From: Gemmatimonadales bacterium
GTDB lineage: Bacteria > Gemmatimonadota > Gemmatimonadetes > Gemmatimonadales > GWC2-71-9
Assembly (NCBI GenBank): GCA_037189525.1
Contig: JBBCJC010000003.1
Span: 448,001-512,000 of the forward strand
DNA length: 64,000 nucleotides
Direction of reading: 5' to 3'
Under the pieces are notes generated by a model. The model had not been told where the DNA came from, did not search any database, and saw nothing but the letters and a program-made list of their open reading frames with translations. A program made the position numbers and the translations under genes. Shown one piece after another: positions 42,235 through 51,932 of this stretch (positions are counted from its first letter, which is position 1; the number at the start of each line of letters is the position of its first letter).

Positions 42235-42915
42235 ATGAGAGTGTCATCCGTTGCTCTGACTCTTGTCGTCCTTGCTGGCGGGACGGCCGCGGCGCAAGGG
42301 CCGATGGTGTCATTCAACGAGTTCGCCACCCTGACGAACAAGGCGTTTGGAGCGTCGTCGATCGGTTGGTACTTCACCCCGACCAGTTCGTTCTTCCTCA
42401 CCTCGGTTTCGACGCGTTTCAATGGTACGGTCGCGGCCGACAATCGGGATGTGACGGTCGAACTCTGGTCCGATCGGCAGGCGGTCGGTGGTTCTCTGCT
42501 GCGGAGTGCGACGTTTGCATCCGGTTCAGCAACCGACCAGTTCGGCGGCGGGATTTTCGACGCGTTCTTGCTGGAAGCGGGAACGACCTACTTCATCGGA
42601 TTCCGCAATGTCGCCGGGTTGGGACGGAACAGCACCGAAGATCTCGGCTCTTCGTCGACCGGATATCTCTACCATTCGTCGGGCGATCCGAGCCTTGGAA
42701 CCTACGCAACGCTGCAGAACGTCACGATGGTGTACAACCCGACCTTCCTGCTCGATGGTTACGTCGACCCCGCGTACGGGATGCCGACGACCGCGACGCC
42801 CGAGCCAGCCTCGATGGTCTTGATGGCAACTGGCATGCTCGGTTTGGGAGTTGTCACGGCTGTGCGCCGCCGGCGTGCGCAGAAGGCGGTTGAGGAGGCC
42901 GAACCGACAGCCTGA
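42235..42915 (+). CDS. PEP-CTERM sorting domain protein
   Basis: Signal peptide MRVSSVALTLVVLAGGTAAA; C-terminal TPEPASMVLMATGMLGLGVVTAVRRRR. Confidence 0.93.
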   Translation: MRVSSVALTLVVLAGGTAAAQGPMVSFNEFATLTNKAFGASSIGWYFTPTSSFFLTSVSTRFNGTVAADNRDVTVELWSDRQAVGGSLLRSATFASGSATDQFGGGIFDAFLLEAGTTYFIGFRNVAGLGRNSTEDLGSSSTGYLYHSSGDPSLGTYATLQNVTMVYNPTFLLDGYVDPAYGMPTTATPEPASMVLMATGMLGLGVVTAVRRRRAQKAVEEAEPTA

Positions 42916-42974
42916 CCGATTGGCCCCGCTCGAATCGAGCGCTGAGGGTTACCAAGAAGTCATCTGGAGTCGTC

Positions 42975-43020
42975 AAAATCGCGGTATGGATCCCTGTCAG
43001 GGCTCCGTACCGCGATTTTT
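42975..43020. terminator. Rho-independent terminator, possibly bidirectional
   Basis: aaaatcgcggtatgga...tccgtaccgcgattttt long inverted repeat with A and T flanks. Confidence 0.8.
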
Positions 43021-43150
43021 GTCATACTTGATCACGATCATACGTCGTTGGATGTAGTTAGGTGTGCAAATGGGAGTAGCGAGGCCAGTCACCACCCATT
43101 AGCCTTCCGCTACGCCTCGTGGGAGGATAATCAGTCACCAAGGGGTTCGA

Positions 43151-45091
43151 GTGGTCTACACCATTGAGAGACGACGGGTCAGGAACCGGTACCTTGCCTG
43201 GTTCGATCTGGTTGCGCTTTCACTTGTACTCGTTCTTGCCTACCTCGTCCGATTCGAGTCACTTCGCTTGCCACCGGAGCAGGCTGAGACGCTCATTCGG
43301 TTTCTCCCGATTGCGCTGCTGATCAAAATCCCGTTGCTCTTCTACGCCGGTCTGTATCGGCGTCTCTGGCGTCATGCGGGCGTCGTGGAACTCGAGCGAA
43401 TCAGCCTTACCACCGCGGTCGCGGGTGGTCTCACGTTCGTTGCGGGCGTCTGGGTCCTGCCGGCCGTTGGCTACCTCCCGATTCGGGTGCCGATGTCCGT
43501 GGCAGCCTTCGATGCGATCCTGACAACCGTGGTTGTCGCGCTTCCTCGCTTTCTCATTCGTTTGGTTGCGACTCGAGCGGTGCATCCAGCGCCGGATGAG
43601 GAGCGGAGGGTCATCATCGCCGGAGCAGGCGCGGCAGGTGAGCTGATCGCGAAAGAGCTGGTACGCAAAAGGGAGCTCGGTCTGCTGCCTGTTGCGTTCG
43701 TCGATGACGATCCTGCAAAACACGGACTGGAGCTCTGCGGGTTCCCGATCGTAGGGGCGCCGGAGCAGCTGGTCGACTTCCGTGAGCGGTTCGGCGCCGA
43801 GGAAGTCATCATTGCGATGCCGTCATCCTCGGGCAGCGCCATTCGACGCCTGATGCAATTGGCCGAGGCTGCCGGGCTCGAGACGCGAACGATCCCGGGA
43901 ATGTTCGAGATCCTGTCGGGGCGGTATAGCATCAATAACCTCCGCCCCGTCCAGATCGAAGACCTCTTGCGACGCGATCCGATTCGGATCGAGCTCGACC
44001 GCGTAGGTGAGCTCGTCGAAGGCCGTACCGTTCTGGTCTCCGGTGCGGGGGGCTCGATCGGCAGTGAGATTGCCCGTCAGGTGGCCTCATTGGGGCCTGG
44101 TGAGCTCGTCCTGCTCGGACATGGCGAGAACTCGATCTTCAACGTCACCCAGGAACTGACCGAACGCTTTCCAGGGGTCTCGATCATCCCCATCGTGGCT
44201 GACGTTCGCGACCGGATGCGCGTCGATCATACGTTTGCCACCTATCGACCCACCGTCGTGTTACATGCTGCGGCGCACAAGCATGTACCGCTGATGGAGA
44301 TCAACGTCGACGAGGCGATAACGAACAATATCGGTGGGTCTCGTAATATGGCCGAGGCCGCCGTCGAGTATGGCGTCGAACGATTCGTGATGATCTCGAC
44401 GGACAAAGCGGTCCGTTCCACGAATGTGATGGGGGCGACCAAACGAGCCGCCGAACAGGTGGTACAGGACCTGGCCTTGACGCATCGCAGGAACTTCATC
44501 TCGGTGCGCTTCGGAAACGTGCTGGGAAGTCGTGGCAGCGTGGTACCGATTTTCCTGCGGCAGATCGAAGCAGGCGGACCCGTCACGGTCACACATCCGG
44601 AAATGCGGCGTTACTTCATGACCATTCCGGAATCGGTCCAACTGGTGCTGCAGGCCGCCGTATTGGGACGCGGGGGAGAGGTCTTCGTTCTGGATATGGG
44701 TGAGCCGGTGCGCATCGTCGATTTGGCCCGGGATCTGATCCGCCTGTCCGGGCTCGAAGAGGGGAAGGACATCGATATCCAGTTTACCGGCGTTCGACCG
44801 GGCGAAAAGTTATACGAAGAGCTCTTCTTTGGTCGGGAACAAGCGGAAGCAACCGATCACGCCAAAGTTCTCCGTGCCAAGCATGCGGCGCTTCCCGGTG
44901 GCTTTGCCGAAGCCGTCGATGAGATCCTGGCCGATGCCATGCGGGGCCGATCGCATCAGGACTTGCTCCGGAGCCTCCAACGCCTCGTTCCGGACTATCG
45001 TCCAGAGGGCAGCGCCCACAATATCTCCGGACTGCGCGGGCGGTCCGATACGTTCGTAGGTGAACCGCAACGCGATGCCGATGTGAGTTGA
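43151..45091 (+). CDS. Membrane-bound UDP-sugar 4,6-dehydratase (CapD/PglF-like)
   Basis: Four N-terminal TMs, GAGAAG, IEDLLRR, GAGGSIGSE, HAAAHKHVP, STDKAV, MGATKR, RFGNVLGS. Confidence 0.96.
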   Translation: MVYTIERRRVRNRYLAWFDLVALSLVLVLAYLVRFESLRLPPEQAETLIRFLPIALLIKIPLLFYAGLYRRLWRHAGVVELERISLTTAVAGGLTFVAGVWVLPAVGYLPIRVPMSVAAFDAILTTVVVALPRFLIRLVATRAVHPAPDEERRVIIAGAGAAGELIAKELVRKRELGLLPVAFVDDDPAKHGLELCGFPIVGAPEQLVDFRERFGAEEVIIAMPSSSGSAIRRLMQLAEAAGLETRTIPGMFEILSGRYSINNLRPVQIEDLLRRDPIRIELDRVGELVEGRTVLVSGAGGSIGSEIARQVASLGPGELVLLGHGENSIFNVTQELTERFPGVSIIPIVADVRDRMRVDHTFATYRPTVVLHAAAHKHVPLMEINVDEAITNNIGGSRNMAEAAVEYGVERFVMISTDKAVRSTNVMGATKRAAEQVVQDLALTHRRNFISVRFGNVLGSRGSVVPIFLRQIEAGGPVTVTHPEMRRYFMTIPESVQLVLQAAVLGRGGEVFVLDMGEPVRIVDLARDLIRLSGLEEGKDIDIQFTGVRPGEKLYEELFFGREQAEATDHAKVLRAKHAALPGGFAEAVDEILADAMRGRSHQDLLRSLQRLVPDYRPEGSAHNISGLRGRSDTFVGEPQRDADVS

Positions 45092-45106
45092 CATCGGCAT
45101 CGTTCG

Positions 45107-47650
45107 CTATCGGGTGGCAACAACCACGATCGCTACGGTGCTCGCCAGGATCTGCGCGATCGATCCAATGAGTCCCGCCCAGTCCCGCCGTTCCGCCGGG
45201 TCCCGTTCGGGAACGAAGACTACCGCCCCCGGACTCGGCTTGGGCTTCGAGTCGGGGAGCAGAAAACGTCGTTTGACGCTCTCGACCGATCCGCTGGGCT
45301 GCATGAGGTAGGTACGACCTCGGTCGGCCTGTCGTGAGTATCCGCCTGCCGCACCGACGTAATCATCCACATCCCATCCGTCGCGATGTACCAGCGTGGT
45401 CGGGGCGTTGACCGCCCCCAGGATCCGGACCGTCGGATCGAACTCGGGAATATGCAACGAGTCACCAGCGAACAGGATGACGTTCTCCCGGATGGTGCGA
45501 TTCTCCAGCGCCCTCGGCAAGTTGAGGCCGACTCGCTCCGCCAGGCGCGTACCAATGGTTCGCGAACTCATATCGCCCGACTCGGACGTGTCCGTGGTGA
45601 TCGTAAGCCGCTTGAGGAGTTCCTCGTGGGACTCGAGCGTCGTAAACCGACGGAAGAGTGCCGCGCCCAGCGGATAGGCTTCGCGCGTCAGACCTCCGGC
45701 CCGATCGATCAGGTCCGTCAACCGATCGGTCCGGCTCTGCAAGGAATACACGCCGGGAAAGCGGACCTGCCCGGTCAGCACCACGCGACGCTGTAACTCC
45801 CAATCCGGCTGGCGGAAGATCAGGACGTTGTCATAGGGCTCGAGCACGATTTCCGGAGCGCCGCGGGCTCGACCAGGCATGCCCGGTGGACCTTGATAGG
45901 AGCCGTCGGGTCCCCGATCGAAGAGGTAGGTCGAGTCCAGTGCCGCGCGGAACGTAGCGGCGATGGCGCCGCTGGAACGGTCTTCCGGCAGCCGCGCGAT
46001 TTCGGCTTCCTGGAGCCACGCCTCCTGGGTCACGCCACCGGCATCGAGGATGGCGTCGCGCAGCGTCATGCCGGTCCGGTAAGGCACACGTCCTGACTGA
46101 TTCACCGCGCCGGTCACCACGACGTATCGGGTCGGACGGAAGGAGGTCCGGGAATACACCGTGACGTGATCGTCTTCTTGCAACGTCAAGTCATCGGTGA
46201 TCCGCCCGGTGGTATCGGCAAAGGCTGATCGCAACTGGAAACGCGTCGAATCGCGCTCCAACCGGGAAATCAGGATCTGATCGAGATAGACGTCGGGTTT
46301 GGGGCCGCCCGCCAGCTGAATGGCCTGACTGAGGCGCATCCCGGTACGGAAACCCACTTGCCCTTCGTTCCAGACGTTACCGCTGACCGTCACGACATTG
46401 CGGCGCCGCTCGGCCACGGAAAAGACTCGTACGACGTCTCCCGCCACCAGCGCAAACGGCGGAGCGAGGTCCTCGGTAACCTGCTCCTCGGCGATATCCA
46501 GAAGGACTCGGTCCCGGCCGCCCACCCCTCGTTCGGTCGGGGGCAGGATACGCTCGATCTGAATCCGTCGCCGGAGCGCAGTCGGTTCGAAGCCGCCGGC
46601 GGCGACGATCAGGTCGCGCAGTGTTTCACCGGCAGCCAATTCGTAGATGGCCGGTCGGGTGACGGCGCCCCCGACAGTGACCTGCGGCCCCCGCACCGGA
46701 ACGAAGACCACGTCGCCCGACTCGAGACGGATGTCGTGGGTGTTGGCCCCGCGGAGCAGGTAGTCGTAGATGTCGAGGCTGTCGATCAGTTGTCCGGCCC
46801 GGCGGATCTCGATTCGCCGGAAGCTGCCCTGTGGCGTGGGACCGCCAGCCAGGTAGAGTGCCGTCAGCACCGTGCCGGCGCTCGAGACCTGATACGAACC
46901 CGGCAGGGCAACATCGCCCACCACGAAGATCTGGTTGGTGCGGAGCCGGGAGACCGTGACCTGGAAGCGGGTTCGGGCATCGGGGCTCCGGCTGACGCCG
47001 CTGTAGACCCGGCCCAGCCGCGAATACAGCAGGCTTTCCAATCCCTCCATCGTGAGGCCGGCCACATGCAGCTGGCCCACCTGCGGAATCACGATGAACC
47101 CCTCTCGGGTCACATCGAGCGTATGCGCAAGCTCGACGTCGCCGGTCAGGATCAGGACTAGCCCGTCACCGGGGCCAAGGCGATAGGATGGATCGACCGG
47201 GCCGGTCACCGAGGGGGTGAACTGCGTGGTGACACGGCGAAACACTTCGAGTCCGAAGATGCGGCGCGAGGTGGTATCGGTTCCAGAGAGATGAATGTCC
47301 TGGCGCGGCGCGCCGGGGACGCCGGTGATCGAGTCGACGATGTCGTCGTCGGCCGTGAGTCCCAGCGCTCGAATCGCGCTCAAGGTACTGGCGGACGGCT
47401 CACCAGCCGAGGTATCGAGTTGCGTGCTCATGTAGCTGTCGAGGAGCGTCGCGGGGTAACCCGCCGCCACCAGTCGGGCCCGAATCTGGTCCGGCGTCAG
47501 TCCCGATCCGGCAATCTGATCTCGTACTCGGTTCTGGAGATCGGGTCTGGCGCGCAGGAGGGCCTGAGCTTGCTCTGGTGTCGGACGCTGCGCAGTCGCC
47601 GCCGAAGCAAGCGAAGCGAGCGACAGCACAATCAACCACAAACAGCGCAT
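45107..47650 (-). CDS. SLBB-repeat polysaccharide export protein (KpsD/OtnA-like)
   Basis: Signal peptide, YRLGPGD Poly_export motif, repeated G-x-V-x-x-P-G-x-Y...AGG SLBB units, C-terminal amphipathic helix. Confidence 0.92.
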   Translation of the reverse strand: MRCLWLIVLSLASLASAATAQRPTPEQAQALLRARPDLQNRVRDQIAGSGLTPDQIRARLVAAGYPATLLDSYMSTQLDTSAGEPSASTLSAIRALGLTADDDIVDSITGVPGAPRQDIHLSGTDTTSRRIFGLEVFRRVTTQFTPSVTGPVDPSYRLGPGDGLVLILTGDVELAHTLDVTREGFIVIPQVGQLHVAGLTMEGLESLLYSRLGRVYSGVSRSPDARTRFQVTVSRLRTNQIFVVGDVALPGSYQVSSAGTVLTALYLAGGPTPQGSFRRIEIRRAGQLIDSLDIYDYLLRGANTHDIRLESGDVVFVPVRGPQVTVGGAVTRPAIYELAAGETLRDLIVAAGGFEPTALRRRIQIERILPPTERGVGGRDRVLLDIAEEQVTEDLAPPFALVAGDVVRVFSVAERRRNVVTVSGNVWNEGQVGFRTGMRLSQAIQLAGGPKPDVYLDQILISRLERDSTRFQLRSAFADTTGRITDDLTLQEDDHVTVYSRTSFRPTRYVVVTGAVNQSGRVPYRTGMTLRDAILDAGGVTQEAWLQEAEIARLPEDRSSGAIAATFRAALDSTYLFDRGPDGSYQGPPGMPGRARGAPEIVLEPYDNVLIFRQPDWELQRRVVLTGQVRFPGVYSLQSRTDRLTDLIDRAGGLTREAYPLGAALFRRFTTLESHEELLKRLTITTDTSESGDMSSRTIGTRLAERVGLNLPRALENRTIRENVILFAGDSLHIPEFDPTVRILGAVNAPTTLVHRDGWDVDDYVGAAGGYSRQADRGRTYLMQPSGSVESVKRRFLLPDSKPKPSPGAVVFVPERDPAERRDWAGLIGSIAQILASTVAIVVVATR

Positions 47651-47670
47651 CGGCAATCCTCTCGATCGAG

Positions 47671-48795
47671 TCACATCTCACCAAACATAGCCGCGCCGCC
47701 CGGTGCACCCGCACCCGATGTCGGCGCTGTGGCGTGTTCTACGACAGCCTGCCAGAACGCCACCGTACGCTCCGCCACGACCGCGGAGGTATACCGGCTC
47801 ATCACCCACTGCCGGGCGGTCGTTCCGCTCGCTCGGCAGGCATCGGGATCACTGACCCACCGCTGCAGCGCTTCCGCCAGTTCCGTCTCATTCGCAACCA
47901 CCGGCCCGGCTCGGCCCACCAGCTCCGGAAGCGCTCCGGCCCGGGTCACGATCGGGGCAATCCCTCGACTCATGGCATCCAGCAGCAGCGGTGCCTGATG
48001 GTCGACCCAGTCTGGCGTGTCGCGCGAGGGCACCACGAGACAGTCGATCTGCTGCCAGAGCTGTTCGATCATTTCCGCTCGGAGCCCGCCCAGCCAGCGG
48101 ACCCGGGCTGCGAGCCCCAACCGCTGCACCGTCTGCTCCAGCCGCTCCTGCTCCGGGCCGGTGCCGGCAATGATGGCGCGCCACTGGCCAAAGGTCTGGC
48201 CCAGCGCGGCTAGCAGCAGGTCGGCGCCACGCTCGACCACCAGGCGTCCGGCAAAACCGACGACCAGTTCCCGTCGCCCTTCGCGTGGTTGGATCGGCCC
48301 CATCACCAGTCCGGATGAGGGAATGGCCGCCGCCAGGGCTTGTGGCGCCCGCTGGTGCAGCAGATCCATGGCCAGGCGGTTCCCGCCCATCACGCCCTGG
48401 GCGTGGCGAAGGATGCCGGTCATGCGCCGGCGGGTCAGGAATCCGAACGACCGCGCCGTCGAACGCCAGCCAAACAAGACGTACGGCACCCCGATCTTCT
48501 TGCACACGTTCGCCGCGGCTATGGCAAGCGGCGTGTCCGGCTCGGCTTCGATATGCACCAGGGTCGGGCCGACCTCTGCCAGAACCCGGCGCAGGGTGGG
48601 CACGTGCCATCGCAGCGTCTCCGGTTCGGCCGCGTCGCCACGAACGGGCACCGGAACGATCCGAATCCCGGCATCGGTGCCTGTGGTGCCGCCCGGAATG
48701 GCCAGCACCACCTCGATGCCAAGGGCCGCAATCGCCCTCAGGCGATCGCGGTTGGCAGGGTCATGACATTGATGGGACAAAACGAGCGTACGCAC
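47671..48795 (-). CDS. Glycosyltransferase family 4 with a degenerate donor motif
   Basis: VGFAGRLVVERG, AGTGPE, LVVPS, LLDAMSRG; GTG start 48795 chosen. Confidence 0.8.
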   Translation of the reverse strand: MRTLVLSHQCHDPANRDRLRAIAALGIEVVLAIPGGTTGTDAGIRIVPVPVRGDAAEPETLRWHVPTLRRVLAEVGPTLVHIEAEPDTPLAIAAANVCKKIGVPYVLFGWRSTARSFGFLTRRRMTGILRHAQGVMGGNRLAMDLLHQRAPQALAAAIPSSGLVMGPIQPREGRRELVVGFAGRLVVERGADLLLAALGQTFGQWRAIIAGTGPEQERLEQTVQRLGLAARVRWLGGLRAEMIEQLWQQIDCLVVPSRDTPDWVDHQAPLLLDAMSRGIAPIVTRAGALPELVGRAGPVVANETELAEALQRWVSDPDACRASGTTARQWVMSRYTSAVVAERTVAFWQAVVEHATAPTSGAGAPGGAAMFGEM

Positions 48796-48857
48796 GGGGC
48801 GAATTATGGGGCCGCCGAGCGTAAGATTGTAGCGGTCTGCGCCAATCCGATCGGGTA

Positions 48858-50225
48858 CTATCGACGGGTCCAGAGCAACACGGCGCCGCAACTCGTGGCC
48901 GGGCTCGCGTACTGCATCGGGACACGCTCGGAGTTGTTGAAGACCTCGATGCCGTCGATCTCTTCCTTCGGCAGATTCACCATGGCCTGGGCCGGCGTGA
49001 GCATGCCGTTGACCAGGAGCGCCATCTCACAGCCGCTCGCGCCGCCCGAACCGGCGCGGGCGTTCTGATTGATCAGCGTGAGACCATTGCGACCCTCTTC
49101 CAGCCGGATGAAGGGCAGCTGGCGGAAGACGTCGCCGGCGACCATGACGGCCATGCGATCGATGTTGTCCCGGTCCATGAACCGGCCGAAGCCCATCACT
49201 CGGCGTTCGTTGAAGCCGGACTGCTCGGCGCGGTTGACCGCGCGTCCCTCGACCTTGATCTCTTCGAGGACGACGGGCTGCGCAGGCAGGGTCATGGTGA
49301 CATCGGTGCTCCGGCCGGAGGCCAGGGATACCGTTTGCTGACCCGGGCTCGACCCGATCCGACGCGCCGCGACGACGGCCGTGCCCGGGGCCAGTTCGGT
49401 CAGCGTGAAGACGCCCGATGAGTCGGTCCGCGCAACGGCGCTCTGCTGGCCTCGCGCCGTGGTGACCCAGACATCGGCGTCGGCCAGCGGGCGACGGTTG
49501 TTGTCGAGGATCCGCCCCGTCAGGATCGCATCCGCGGCCGCGCCTTCCGGCGCCAGGCTCAGGTGGAGCGGCACCGCTTCCTCGCTGCGGATGTTCACGT
49601 CACCCGTCGCGATCTGGAAACCCTGCGCGGTCCCGGTCACGGTTACCGCCGCGACTTCCGTGGCCGGCGGCAGATCGCAGAGGATATAGAGCCCGGTGGA
49701 GTCGGTCACCGCGTCGCGGGTAATGATCCGCCGGCGCGGTCCCAGCGACGCATCCAGATAGAGTTCGCCCCATGCCGCTTTGACTTGCACGTCTTTGACC
49801 GGTTCGTCGGTCGACGTGTTTCGCACCACCCCGAAGACGGCGGCCCGGCTGTTGAGACCGGACTGGACCGGGCAGAGGCGCATGAAGGTGCGACCGGACG
49901 GAATGCCGAGTGCCACCCGTGTGACGGCGCCGGCAGTCAGCACCACGTTCACATTGGTGCTCCGGATGCCTAACGTATCGAGGGCCGGGTGGCGGAACCC
50001 GACGGTGTACTCGCCGGGGGCCAGGCTGTCGACGGTGAACCGTCCGGCAGCATCGGTGTAGATGGTTCGGGAGACGCCGCTGATCAGGATCTGGGCGCCC
50101 GAGAGGCGCCGGCGATTCAGCGTGTCGACGACCGTACCGGTCAGGCCAGCCGTCTGGGCGGCCAGTTCGGCCCCCACAGTGCCCAGGACCGCGGTCAGAA
50201 TCAGAACAGCGAGGCGGCGACGCAT
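48858..50225 (-). CDS. Secreted protein with carboxypeptidase-regulatory-like domains and a C-terminal TonB plug-like domain
   Basis: Signal peptide; repeated TD-x-x-G-x-F/Y units; C-terminal IDGIEVF...CGAVLLWTRR; no beta-barrel. Confidence 0.8.
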   Translation of the reverse strand: MRRRLAVLILTAVLGTVGAELAAQTAGLTGTVVDTLNRRRLSGAQILISGVSRTIYTDAAGRFTVDSLAPGEYTVGFRHPALDTLGIRSTNVNVVLTAGAVTRVALGIPSGRTFMRLCPVQSGLNSRAAVFGVVRNTSTDEPVKDVQVKAAWGELYLDASLGPRRRIITRDAVTDSTGLYILCDLPPATEVAAVTVTGTAQGFQIATGDVNIRSEEAVPLHLSLAPEGAAADAILTGRILDNNRRPLADADVWVTTARGQQSAVARTDSSGVFTLTELAPGTAVVAARRIGSSPGQQTVSLASGRSTDVTMTLPAQPVVLEEIKVEGRAVNRAEQSGFNERRVMGFGRFMDRDNIDRMAVMVAGDVFRQLPFIRLEEGRNGLTLINQNARAGSGGASGCEMALLVNGMLTPAQAMVNLPKEEIDGIEVFNNSERVPMQYASPATSCGAVLLWTRR

Positions 50226-50385
50226 CCCGTCACGATAGGACGGGGCGGGGCAGAATGCAACCGGATCGCGCCCGGTACAGGCCCCGGACTCGGTGGCTTT
50301 GATTTCGGCGATCGCCTATACTCCACCCGACCTTTTCCGGGTGGCGGAGACCGCCGGCCCGGGTCGTCCCATCCGGAGTTGTGCC

Positions 50386-51921
50386 ATGAAGCTGTCATTG
50401 CTCGCCTGTGGTGCCGTCCTCGTCCTCATGCCGCTCGGCCTGTCCGCCCAGGAGCGGCTCGATCAAGCGGCCATCAGCCGGATCAAGCAGGAGGGCTTCA
50501 CCCGCTCGCAGGTGATGGAAACGGCCAGCTGGCTCACCGACGTCTACGGTCCGCGGCTCACCAACTCGCCGATTGCGCGGCAAGCGGGCGATTGGGCGGT
50601 CGGCCGGCTGGCGTCGTACGGATTGACCAATCCGCATCTCGAGTGGTTCGACTTCGGACGAGGCTGGATCAACGAGCGGTCGGTGGCCCAGGTCGTCTCG
50701 CCGGTTCCGTATCCTGTGCATGTCTTTCCGGGGGCATGGACCGTCGGAACCAATGGGCCGGGCACCCACGATGTGACCATCGTGACGCTGCCGGCAGAGG
50801 CCACCGAAGCCGACTTTGCCCGCTATCGCGGGACCCTTCGCGGCAAGGTGGTGCTGGCCGCACCGCTGCCGGTCGTTACTCCGATGTTCGTTCCGCCGGG
50901 CCGGCGCCTGACGACCCGGGATCTCGACTCGCTGGCCGCCGTCACGCCCCCGCCTGCGGCGGCACCGATGGGTGGCCCGCCTCGTCCGGGCAGTGGTCCG
51001 ACGCCGGCGGAGATTCGGAACCGCTTCTGGGTCGAAGAAGGGGTCGCCGCGGTGTTCACGCCCGGAGCCGCTCGCGGGAACAGCGGCAGTGTGTCGAACG
51101 GCCCGACCGGCAACCGGCAGCCCAACGCGCCGGCGAGTGTACCGCAGCTGGCGGTGGCCACTGAGCACTACGGCCGGATGTACCGGCAGATCGAAAAGGG
51201 GATTCCGGTCCGGATCGAACTCGACATCCGGAACCGCTTTACCGATGACCTGCAGGCCTTCAACGTGGTGGCCGACCTTCCGGGCAGCGATCCGCGCCTC
51301 AAGGATGAGGTCGTGATGATCGGCGCGCACTTCGATTCGTGGCACAACGCGACCGGCGCGACGGACAATGCCGGATCGTCTGCCGTGATGATGGAGGCGA
51401 TGCGCATCCTCAAAGCCTCGGGCGTGCCGCTCAAGCGGACGGTGCGGATCGGTCTCTGGACCGGCGAGGAGCAGGGGCTGATCGGGGCGCGCGAGTATGT
51501 CGCGCAGCACTTCGGGACCGCGGCGTCTCCCAAGCCCGGTCATGCCAAGCTGTCGGTCTATTTCAACCAGGACAACGGCGCCGGCGCCATTCGGGGTATC
51601 TGGGCGCAGGGCAACGACGGGGCGGCCGCGGTCTTTCGTCAGTGGCTTCCGGCCGTCGACTCCGACAGTATTTCGGTGCGGCACATCACTCGGCTCAATA
51701 CCGGGTCGACCGACCACATCGCGTTCGATCGGGCCGGGTTGCCGGGCTTCCAGTTCCTGCAGGACCCGATGGAGTACGGTACGCGCACGCACCACTCCAG
51801 TCAGGATTTCTTCGAGCGGCTGGTCGAGGGTGACATGAAACACAATGCCGTCGTCATCGCCATCTTTGCGTACCTTGCGGCGAATCGCGACGACCGGATA
51901 CCGCGGAATCTGATTCCGTAG
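50386..51921 (+). CDS. Secreted M28-family metallopeptidase
   Basis: Signal peptide, YGPRLT, IGAHFDSW, GATDN, TGEEQGL, STDH, THHS. Confidence 0.92.
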   Translation: MKLSLLACGAVLVLMPLGLSAQERLDQAAISRIKQEGFTRSQVMETASWLTDVYGPRLTNSPIARQAGDWAVGRLASYGLTNPHLEWFDFGRGWINERSVAQVVSPVPYPVHVFPGAWTVGTNGPGTHDVTIVTLPAEATEADFARYRGTLRGKVVLAAPLPVVTPMFVPPGRRLTTRDLDSLAAVTPPPAAAPMGGPPRPGSGPTPAEIRNRFWVEEGVAAVFTPGAARGNSGSVSNGPTGNRQPNAPASVPQLAVATEHYGRMYRQIEKGIPVRIELDIRNRFTDDLQAFNVVADLPGSDPRLKDEVVMIGAHFDSWHNATGATDNAGSSAVMMEAMRILKASGVPLKRTVRIGLWTGEEQGLIGAREYVAQHFGTAASPKPGHAKLSVYFNQDNGAGAIRGIWAQGNDGAAAVFRQWLPAVDSDSISVRHITRLNTGSTDHIAFDRAGLPGFQFLQDPMEYGTRTHHSSQDFFERLVEGDMKHNAVVIAIFAYLAANRDDRIPRNLIP

Positions 51922-51932
51922 CATCGGTTCGG

